From assembly GCA_022511395.1 (NCBI GenBank), contig JAFLRQ010000002.1, positions 4,521 to 68,520 of the forward strand: 64,000 bases of DNA, written 5' to 3'. Made by a program: the position numbers and the translations under genes. Under the pieces are notes generated by a model. That model was not told where the DNA came from. It did not search any database and was given only the letters and a program-made list of their open reading frames with translations. Every line of letters begins with the position of its first letter. The stretch's first letter is position 1. This stretch comes from Agathobacter sp. GTDB lineage: Bacteria > Bacillota > Clostridia > Lachnospirales > Lachnospiraceae. Of this stretch, positions 28,228 through 35,183 are shown in pieces.

Positions 28228-29406
28228 CTAAAAAATTCGCCTCACCGCCAAAATTGCGCGATAGCTCACATTTGAGATCTTAATTCCGTCTCTGCGGTTG
28301 CTGGCATGCACGATCCGTCCGCCTCCGATATAAATTCCCACATGGCCGCTATAGCAGACAATATCGCCCGGCTGCATGTCCGAGGAGCTGACACCGTAGC
28401 CGCTTCTTCTAAGGGAAGTGGAGCTGTGCGGAAGGCTCACACCGTAATTTGCGTAGACGCTCATCACGAAGCCGGAACAGTCCGCCCCGTTCGTCAGGCT
28501 TGTCCCGCCGTACACGTAGGGATTTCCCACAAACTGGCACGCGAAGGTTGCCACGTCAGCGCCGGTGGAACCCGTCGGGGGTGTATAGGAGCTGCTGTCT
28601 GAGGAGCTGCTGCCCGATGAGCTGCTTGCGGACCTCTTTTTCTTTGCCGCCGCTTCCGCCGCCTTTCTGGCCTCCTCTTCCTTCTTTAAGCGCGCCATTT
28701 CTTCCTCTTTGGATTCTGCGTATGTATACTCCGTGGAAAGCTCCACATAATCTGCGGACACAAATCCGTTTCCTCCGTCCACCGTGACTCCGATCCATCC
28801 TTCCACCGACTCGTCCACAACGGTCAGATCCTCGTTCTCCGGAACCATGTCAATCACTGCAGTGTCTGTGGAGGGTCCTTTGCGGACAAACAGGGTCTGG
28901 GTTGTCACGACCGCAATGCGCCGGCCGGCGGATCGGATTTTCTCCTCGTCCGCAACTATGACATACTCACTGCTGACATATCCTGTCACATTGCCGGATT
29001 CAATCTGATACCAGCCGTTCTCCTCGCTGATCACTCTGCCTACATTATTTTTGTATAGTTTTCCGACCGCCTGACTGTCCTTGGAAGCCTCTGAACGGAT
29101 ATTCACGTAATTGTTCACATTTGCAACCAGCATGTCCGCATACTCGGATGCCACCACCGGCACTGCGTGCTCTGTCACCATCGGCTGCGCGCTCGCAATG
29201 ATCGCCTGACCGCTCACCTCGGCCGCCTGCCTGCTCATGGTAAGGGAAAAGCCTGCCGTCGGCAGGGCCGAAGACATAGCAACGGCAGATGTATATTTTG
29301 TAATGCCTGCGCCGGGTGTCGCCGCCACGCTGTATGGGAATGCCCCAGCCACCAAAACTGCCGCCATACCACAGACCTTTATCTTCCACGTATTTTTGCG
29401 CTTCAT
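28228..29406 (-). CDS. NlpC/P60 endopeptidase with two SH3b domains
   Basis: VNIR...GWY...GYVS SH3 units, Ser-rich linker, PYVYGG..GADCSG, GHVGIY and HAS motifs; GGAGG before ATG 29406. Confidence 0.92.
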   Translation of the reverse strand: MKRKNTWKIKVCGMAAVLVAGAFPYSVAATPGAGITKYTSAVAMSSALPTAGFSLTMSRQAAEVSGQAIIASAQPMVTEHAVPVVASEYADMLVANVNNYVNIRSEASKDSQAVGKLYKNNVGRVISEENGWYQIESGNVTGYVSSEYVIVADEEKIRSAGRRIAVVTTQTLFVRKGPSTDTAVIDMVPENEDLTVVDESVEGWIGVTVDGGNGFVSADYVELSTEYTYAESKEEEMARLKKEEEARKAAEAAAKKKRSASSSSGSSSSDSSSYTPPTGSTGADVATFACQFVGNPYVYGGTSLTNGADCSGFVMSVYANYGVSLPHSSTSLRRSGYGVSSSDMQPGDIVCYSGHVGIYIGGGRIVHASNRRDGIKISNVSYRAILAVRRIF

Positions 29407-29438
29407 AACTTCCTCCGCATTCATCATTGGTAAATTTT

Positions 29439-29464
29439 TGTTACAAAATTGTTACAAATGTTAC
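29439..29464. promoter_or_regulatory. TGTTAC direct-repeat operator (WalR/OmpR-type spacing)
   Basis: TGTTAC-AAAAT-TGTTAC-AAA-TGTTAC between the promoter and the RBS of the NlpC/P60 gene. Confidence 0.6.
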
Positions 29465-29470
29465 GTTGTC

Positions 29471-29499
29471 ATTGTAGCAAGGTTGTCTCTTTGTGTCAA
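29471..29499 (-). promoter_or_regulatory. Sigma-A promoter of the hydrolase genes
   Basis: TTGACA-17 nt-TACAAT with an extended -10 TG. Confidence 0.75.
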
Positions 29500-29636
29500 T
29501 ACAAAAATTCGAGGTATTTTGTGGAAAATACTTGCATTCTGACTCTTTTCGTGGCATAATATTACCAGTAGAAGGACGTACGAATTCTTCAACGTCCATA
29601 AGGAATACATAGAATCTGACAGGGAGGTGCAGGAAC

Positions 29637-29831
29637 ATGCAGATTGCAGGTGTAAATACCGCTCTCAGCGCAGTGACCGCCTCAGAGCCGGCCTCAATGA
29701 GCAATGCTGTTGGCTTAAAAATGCTCAGCAACGCGCTGGACATGGGCAAAGTGATGAGTGACGGTCTGACGAAGATGATGGAGCGCTCCGTCAATCCCCA
29801 TATTGGCGGCAATATTGATGTGTCGGTATAA
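29637..29831 (+). CDS. YjfB family small (putative motility) protein
   Basis: C-terminal MERSVNPHIGGNIDVSV; GGAGGT RBS; upstream TTGCAT-17-CATAAT. Confidence 0.8.
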   Translation: MQIAGVNTALSAVTASEPASMSNAVGLKMLSNALDMGKVMSDGLTKMMERSVNPHIGGNIDVSV

Positions 29832-29835
29832 GACA

Positions 29836-29866
29836 AAAACTCCGGGCTGTAAACAGCCCGGTTTTT
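29836..29866. terminator. Bidirectional intrinsic terminator
   Basis: CCGGGCTGT-aa-ACAGCCCGG flanked by A and T runs, between convergent genes. Confidence 0.8.
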
Positions 29867-29874
29867 CTTTGCCG

Positions 29875-30249
29875 CTATTTTAGTGCAACCACCTCAATTT
29901 CCAGCAGGACATCCTTCGGAAGCCTCGCCACCTCCACACAGCTCCGCGCCGGGAACGGCGTCGGGAAAAAGCGCTCATACACTTCATTGATGGTTCCAAA
30001 ATCATTCATTTCCTTAATAAACACCGTTGTCTTGACCACACGATCCATGCTGCTCCCTGCCGCCTCAACCAGATTCGTCAGGTTTGTAAATGCCTGCTCG
30101 GCCTGCGCCTTTGCGCCCTCCGGGATCTCCCCGGTGGCCGGGTTCACCGGAATCACACCGGAGGTGTAGACCATGTTGTTGACCTCGATTGCCTGAGAGT
30201 AGGGTCCGATTGCCGCCGGAGCCTTGTCTGTGCTGATAACCTTCTTCAT
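29875..30249 (-). CDS. RidA/YjgF enamine deaminase
   Basis: APAAIGPYSQA and FPARSCVEVARLP..EIE motifs. Confidence 0.93.
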   Translation of the reverse strand: MKKVISTDKAPAAIGPYSQAIEVNNMVYTSGVIPVNPATGEIPEGAKAQAEQAFTNLTNLVEAAGSSMDRVVKTTVFIKEMNDFGTINEVYERFFPTPFPARSCVEVARLPKDVLLEIEVVALK

Positions 30250-30274
30250 ATAAATCTCCTTCCTTCTTTTACAT

Positions 30275-31111
30275 CTATTTGCTGCGGATTACTCCGCCGT
30301 CCAGCGTAATTTTTCTCTCCCGGTAAAGCCGCCCCACTGCCCGCTTAAACGCGGCTTTGCTGAGACCGGTCTCGCGGCTGATCACGTCCGGTTCCGCCTT
30401 CTCGGTAAAGGGCAGCACGCCTCCGTAGGATTCCAGAAGCTCCAAAAGCTTTTCCGCGTCCGCGCCCATTTGGATATATGCCTTTTCCCGCAGGGTCAAA
30501 TCCAGCTTTCCGTCCGGCTTGACCTCCGTGACCTTCGCCGAGATCACATCGCCGATCCGCAGGAAGCTGTGATCCTCCGAGCTCGCAATCCGCGCTGAGT
30601 AACGGTCATCCACTGCGACAAAAGCGCCAAAGTTGTCGGAAAACTCATAGACCCGCCCTTCCACCGTATCTCCCTTTTGATAAGGAGAATCCTTTTCCAG
30701 CAGCTCGTACAGTCCCCGCATGCTGGCACACAGCCGCCCGCTCTTGTCAATGTAGAGCGTCACCAGAATTTCGTCTTTCGGCTTCACCCTGCCGACCATC
30801 TGCTTGAAGGGCAGAAACAGATCCTTCTCCAACCCCCAATCCAGAAAAGCGCCGATCTTGCCGACCTCCCGAACCGCCAGCGGAGCCAGACCCCCGATTG
30901 CCAGCTTCGGCTCATTCGTGGTTGCTATCAGGCGATCCTTTGAATCCCGATACAGAAAAACGCGGATTTTCTCCCCAATGCGGACATCCGGCGGAACCTG
31001 CTTGATCGGTAGGAGCACCCTCTCGTCGCTCGTCTTTTCCTCCGACAGATAGACGCCGAAGTCCACCCGCTTCACACAATATAATTCCTGATACTCGCCC
31101 AGTTTCATCAT
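30275..31111 (-). CDS. CvfB-family S1 RNA-binding protein
   Basis: GAFLDWGLEKDL and SKAAFKRAVGRLY motifs. Confidence 0.9.
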   Translation of the reverse strand: MMKLGEYQELYCVKRVDFGVYLSEEKTSDERVLLPIKQVPPDVRIGEKIRVFLYRDSKDRLIATTNEPKLAIGGLAPLAVREVGKIGAFLDWGLEKDLFLPFKQMVGRVKPKDEILVTLYIDKSGRLCASMRGLYELLEKDSPYQKGDTVEGRVYEFSDNFGAFVAVDDRYSARIASSEDHSFLRIGDVISAKVTEVKPDGKLDLTLREKAYIQMGADAEKLLELLESYGGVLPFTEKAEPDVISRETGLSKAAFKRAVGRLYRERKITLDGGVIRSK

Positions 31112-31824
31112 TCTACGCCTCCAACAAGAAACTCTATCACCGCATACGGGCTCCCATCCGGTGAACACAGCGCGACAACCGTAGAGCCCGGCATTTCCGT
31201 AACCCGGGGCACCAGCACGTCCGACTGCTTTGCTGCCCTCCGATACTCTACCCGCACCTCCCGCACCGTGAAATCCTTTGGAAGATACTGTCCGGCCACC
31301 TGTACATAGCGGCTGTTATTCATATGCTGATTGGTATCGATAAAAAAGGAGGGCACAATCAGAGGCTCTTTCTCCACAAAGTCCTTTGGAACCGCAATCT
31401 TGCGGCTGCGTGCTTCCATGGGCAACGGCGCCTCCAGCCCGTAAATTTCCGCCATTTCCTCCGGCACCCGCACCGGCTGTCCGGTCTGTGTATCAATCAT
31501 AATCCACACAGAATTGGCGTATGCCAGACGCTGTCCCTCGCTGTCATTCATCGAGAAATTCCGATAGCCGTAAAAATTCTTCATGCCATAGGGCCACGTC
31601 TGCACTGTGATATGCTCCGCAAGCTTCGGCATGCGGTTCAGGCAGATCTGCCACGAGGAAAGCATCCACGCAATATGGTGCTCTGAAAGATAAGAGACGC
31701 CGATATTGTGGTGCTCCGAGTGAAACACACTGCTGTCCTGAAAATAATCCATCAGCGCAAGCCATGTGAGTTCTCCCTGCGCATCCACCTCACTGTAGCG
31801 CACCCTGCTGTCAAATTCATACAT
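31108..31824 (-). CDS. Acyl-ACP thioesterase
   Basis: VRYSEVD and IDTNQHMNN..Y motifs. The ORF-track upstream extension reads through the tRNA and is not real. Confidence 0.88.
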   Translation of the reverse strand: MYEFDSRVRYSEVDAQGELTWLALMDYFQDSSVFHSEHHNIGVSYLSEHHIAWMLSSWQICLNRMPKLAEHITVQTWPYGMKNFYGYRNFSMNDSEGQRLAYANSVWIMIDTQTGQPVRVPEEMAEIYGLEAPLPMEARSRKIAVPKDFVEKEPLIVPSFFIDTNQHMNNSRYVQVAGQYLPKDFTVREVRVEYRRAAKQSDVLVPRVTEMPGSTVVALCSPDGSPYAVIEFLVGGVE

Positions 31825-31850
31825 GCCCCAATCCTCCCGGTTCGGCGTGG

Positions 31851-31880
31851 AAAAAAAATCCCGGCAGATATTCTGCCGGG
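31851..31880 (-). terminator. tRNA terminator
   Basis: CCCGGCAGA-tat-TCTGCCGGG followed by a U-run on the minus strand. Confidence 0.8.
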
Positions 31881-31883
31881 AAG

Positions 31884-31955
31884 CTGGCCCACCAGGATTC
31901 GAACCTGGAAATGACGGAGTCAGAGTCCGTTGCCTTACCATTTGGCGATGGGCCA
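31884..31955 (-). tRNA. tRNA-Gln (anticodon CUG), CCA not encoded
   Basis: TGGCCCA/TGGGCCA acceptor stem, ACGGA-ctCTGac-TCCGT anticodon arm, GGTTCGAATCC T-loop. Confidence 0.95.
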
Positions 31956-31975
31956 ATTCGATCTCAACAAATGGT

Positions 31976-32004
31976 ATTATACATGGGTTGTACTTCGGTG
32001 TCAA
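31976..32004 (-). promoter_or_regulatory. Consensus sigma-A promoter of tRNA-Gln
   Basis: TTGACA-17 nt-TATAAT. Confidence 0.85.
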
Positions 32005-32022
32005 GCCCTAAAATATAATTGT

Positions 32023-34497
32023 TTACTCATTGACCCGCACAAAACGCTTTCCGCCCTCAAAGGTATCATTTTCCTCTATGACCCCAACCGCCTCATTCTC
32101 TGCAGCCTGCACACGAATCTCCAGCACGGAATCCCTTGTCTCCAGCAGCGCGCTTTTGTCAAAGCAGCCAATTCCAAGCACATTGTTTCCCTCGCCCTTT
32201 AAGGCCAGGCGTGATCTTGAAACTGCAATCTTTAATCCGCCGCCGTCGTTCCCAACGAGCCGAACCTGCTGGCCGTTCATTTGAACCGAAATATCCGCGC
32301 GCTCAACACAAATCTCTCCGGCAGCTTTCTCCACACTGCCGATGCCGCTCAAATATCCCCCGGAACCGGCAATTTCCAGCTTCAGATCCGCAATATACAT
32401 ATTCAAGTCATCTTCCCAGTTCCCCAGCGCGCAGCCTGTAGCCACCCTAAAATCAATACCGACATAACAGTTCTGAACCTTAATCGGCGCGCTGCCCTTG
32501 CTGCAGCCGATTCCGATCGCATTCTCGCTCGCGGCCTTGAGCAGGACACTGCCGCTCAAAATTTGAATGCCCTCCCCCTGTCGATAAATGCCGCCGCCAA
32601 TGTTGATGCAGTGGTTTCCCTCCGTGCTGATCTCAAGCTTGCCGGACTGTGCACAGGTAATCGCACCCACACCGGAAATAAAGTCATTGCCGATTCCGTA
32701 GCATTGGATGCCCTTCGCAGCAATGGATAGATTTCCTGCCCCCTCCAGACGGCAGCTGCTGCCGTCCGGTACACGTATTCCGGTCTTGTCTAAGACATTG
32801 TCTCCCTCCAATACCAGTGTCAGATGTGCGTTGTTTCCAATATCGATGCAGGGCATATCCTCAATGCTCTCCATACTCACATTCTTAAGCACAAGCCTGC
32901 ATTGACACCCGTCCTTGATCTTGATGGACATGGCTGCCGGATAATCCAGCCCGCCCACAAGCGTGAGCTCCGGCTGCGATACTACTATTCCGGTGTACAG
33001 TTCCAGCGCGAGCTGCACCAAAGGCAGCTCCGTCTCGTTGTTCACTATGTAGATCTTGCGCTGCACATTCTCGTGCATGCTCATATTGTCATTGATAATC
33101 TCATTCTTGATATGCTCCGGCAGCTCCTCCAGAAGCGTAAACTCCGGTTTTGCCGTGTAAAAGCCCTGGATAAGGTCAACCCCCATATGGATGACCGCCT
33201 TCATCTCCGCCGCAGTTTCCACTCCCTCCGCAAGGGCAAGAAAACCGTTGTCGTGGGCAAATGTGACGATGTTTTTCACAAAATGCTGTTTCTTCGGGTT
33301 TTCCTGTATGTCCGTAATCAACAGGCGATCCAGTTTCACACAATTCGGCAGATAGCGAAGCAGGCTGGAGGTATTGGAATAGCCGGTTCCGTAGTCGTCA
33401 ATGGCCAAGCCAAAGCCGTCCCTCCTGCTCCGGTTCTGGATCACATCCAACAGTTCATCCTCCAATTCGGTCTGCTCCGTAATCTCAACAACCACGTTGG
33501 GGAACAGATCACCGTAAGCGGCTTTTAACTTCTCATATTCCGCCTCGGGCAGCTGGCTGTTGGAAATGCTGTTGATAAAAAACTTGCGGTCACCAATATC
33601 TCCAAAGCCTTTGATCTGCTCCAAAACATTAAAAAACGTGGCCCGCTCGACATCGTACAGCCGGTTGTCATGATCGGCATATTTCAAAACCGCCAGAGGC
33701 GAAAGAGGAACATCCTCCCCTGCCCTCATCAACGCCTCATAGGCATATATCTCCCCTGTCTTTGCGCTGACAATGGGCTGAAACGCATAGCGGAAGAGAT
33801 TTTTATCAATCAGCTCGTTTACCCGGCGATGCTCATCCGCAGAGTAACTCTCTTTTTGGGAGCCGCTCCCGGTCAGATTTCTCGTGCCCTCCCTCAAACG
33901 GCGTTTCCGGGTGAGCGCCTGATCCAGCACGTCCGGCATTGCCGTCTCCGCCGACAGCTCCACAGCGTACATGCTGTAAACAATTTGCAGGCTGTACTCC
34001 TTGCCTGACACGCGGTTGTAATTGTCGATTCTGTCGGCAAGCGTTTGCAGAAAGCTCTCCGCCGCCGGTTCCGCCAGGTCGGCCGTGCGCATAATGACCA
34101 CAAATTCACTGCTGCCCAAATGCCCGCACATCTCATGTTCCGTGACACTGTCCTCTAAGATCTGTCCGAAGGTCTGGATGGCCACATCCCCCTCCAAATG
34201 CCCGTAAATCTGATTGATGTTTTCCAATCGATCCACATCAATGCAGAGGATGCCCATGTGTTCCCGCGTCTGAAGGCACTGCGCCTTCCAGTCCTCCAAT
34301 ACCTGCAAAATTCCCTGCGTATTGTACATCCCGGTCATCCGATCCCGGAATTTCCACAATTCCGCAGACTCGCACTTGTGAAACAGAGCCTGAACCGAGT
34401 CCTTGACCTGCGGAAGAAGCTCTGCCGGCAAGTAGCGCTCCAGTATCGTATTCAGCTCATTGATGTCCAGTTTTTTCTTCCGTTCTTCCATTTCCAA
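32023..34497 (-). CDS. Degenerate GGDEF + EAL phosphodiesterase + C-terminal beta-helix-like domain
   Basis: GSSEF in place of GGDEF; FQPIV, EALMR, EITE, DDYGTG, KLD, EGVE and QG motifs; G/I/L-rich repeats at the C-terminus. Confidence 0.88.
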   Translation of the reverse strand: MEMEERKKKLDINELNTILERYLPAELLPQVKDSVQALFHKCESAELWKFRDRMTGMYNTQGILQVLEDWKAQCLQTREHMGILCIDVDRLENINQIYGHLEGDVAIQTFGQILEDSVTEHEMCGHLGSSEFVVIMRTADLAEPAAESFLQTLADRIDNYNRVSGKEYSLQIVYSMYAVELSAETAMPDVLDQALTRKRRLREGTRNLTGSGSQKESYSADEHRRVNELIDKNLFRYAFQPIVSAKTGEIYAYEALMRAGEDVPLSPLAVLKYADHDNRLYDVERATFFNVLEQIKGFGDIGDRKFFINSISNSQLPEAEYEKLKAAYGDLFPNVVVEITEQTELEDELLDVIQNRSRRDGFGLAIDDYGTGYSNTSSLLRYLPNCVKLDRLLITDIQENPKKQHFVKNIVTFAHDNGFLALAEGVETAAEMKAVIHMGVDLIQGFYTAKPEFTLLEELPEHIKNEIINDNMSMHENVQRKIYIVNNETELPLVQLALELYTGIVVSQPELTLVGGLDYPAAMSIKIKDGCQCRLVLKNVSMESIEDMPCIDIGNNAHLTLVLEGDNVLDKTGIRVPDGSSCRLEGAGNLSIAAKGIQCYGIGNDFISGVGAITCAQSGKLEISTEGNHCINIGGGIYRQGEGIQILSGSVLLKAASENAIGIGCSKGSAPIKVQNCYVGIDFRVATGCALGNWEDDLNMYIADLKLEIAGSGGYLSGIGSVEKAAGEICVERADISVQMNGQQVRLVGNDGGGLKIAVSRSRLALKGEGNNVLGIGCFDKSALLETRDSVLEIRVQAAENEAVGVIEENDTFEGGKRFVRVNE

Positions 34498-34518
34498 ATC
34501 TCCCGATACTCCCCTTTA

Positions 34519-35172
34519 TTAAAAGACAATAATCTCTTTTCCCAGCTGCGCATAGACAGCCTCTGCCCCCCACTCCTGCTTCGCCAAACCGTTCGTCTGT
34601 TCTACAATGCTCTGCCAGACCGCATCCCTCTTTTCCGGCGGCGTCAGAATTGTGATCGCAACATCCGCACCGTACTCTGTGGAAAGCACCGGAATCTGCT
34701 GCTGCGCAAAAAGATGTTCCAATTTTCCCAAACCACTGTAGTCCGTGCGGATCAGCAGCTTCCTCCCCACGCATTTTCGTATAATCGTGCATGCGTCGAG
34801 TCCTGCATGCGCGGCAGCCTGATAAGCCCGCACAAGCCCTCCGGTTCCAAGAAGCACGCCCCCGAAATACCGGGTTACTACCACTGCGGCGTTCGTGATC
34901 CCTTCTCCCAGAAGAACATCCAGAATCGGCCGCCCTGCAGTCTGAGCCGGTTCTCCGTCATCGGAGCAGCGGGTCATCTGCTGCCGTTCCCCCAGAACAA
35001 AAGCCGAGCAATTGTGTCTGGCATCCCAGTATTTTTTCTTCATTTCGCCGATAAACGCAGAAGCCTCCTCCTCGGTTTCCACCGGCCTGACAGTGGCAAT
35101 AAAGCGGGATTTTTTCTCAACGATCTCACCCTGCCCGCCCTCGTACACAGTCAGATATCCGCTCGTATCCAT
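34519..35172 (-). CDS. YigZ/IMPACT family protein
   Basis: KKSRFI, ARHNC, SDDGEP and RYFGG.LLG.GGL motifs. Confidence 0.92.
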   Translation of the reverse strand: MDTSGYLTVYEGGQGEIVEKKSRFIATVRPVETEEEASAFIGEMKKKYWDARHNCSAFVLGERQQMTRCSDDGEPAQTAGRPILDVLLGEGITNAAVVVTRYFGGVLLGTGGLVRAYQAAAHAGLDACTIIRKCVGRKLLIRTDYSGLGKLEHLFAQQQIPVLSTEYGADVAITILTPPEKRDAVWQSIVEQTNGLAKQEWGAEAVYAQLGKEIIVF

Positions 35173-35183
35173 TTCCACCCTTT

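Noticed and set aside
29441-29836. 131-aa minus-strand ORF
   Set aside because: It is antisense to the YjfB-like gene and spans two promoters.
31884-31955. tRNA as an integration site for an island
   Set aside because: No integrase, no duplicated tRNA 3' end seen, and ordinary flanking genes.
31825-32004. N-terminal extension of the thioesterase ORF
   Set aside because: It overlaps the tRNA, its promoter and its terminator; the likely start is ATG 31824.
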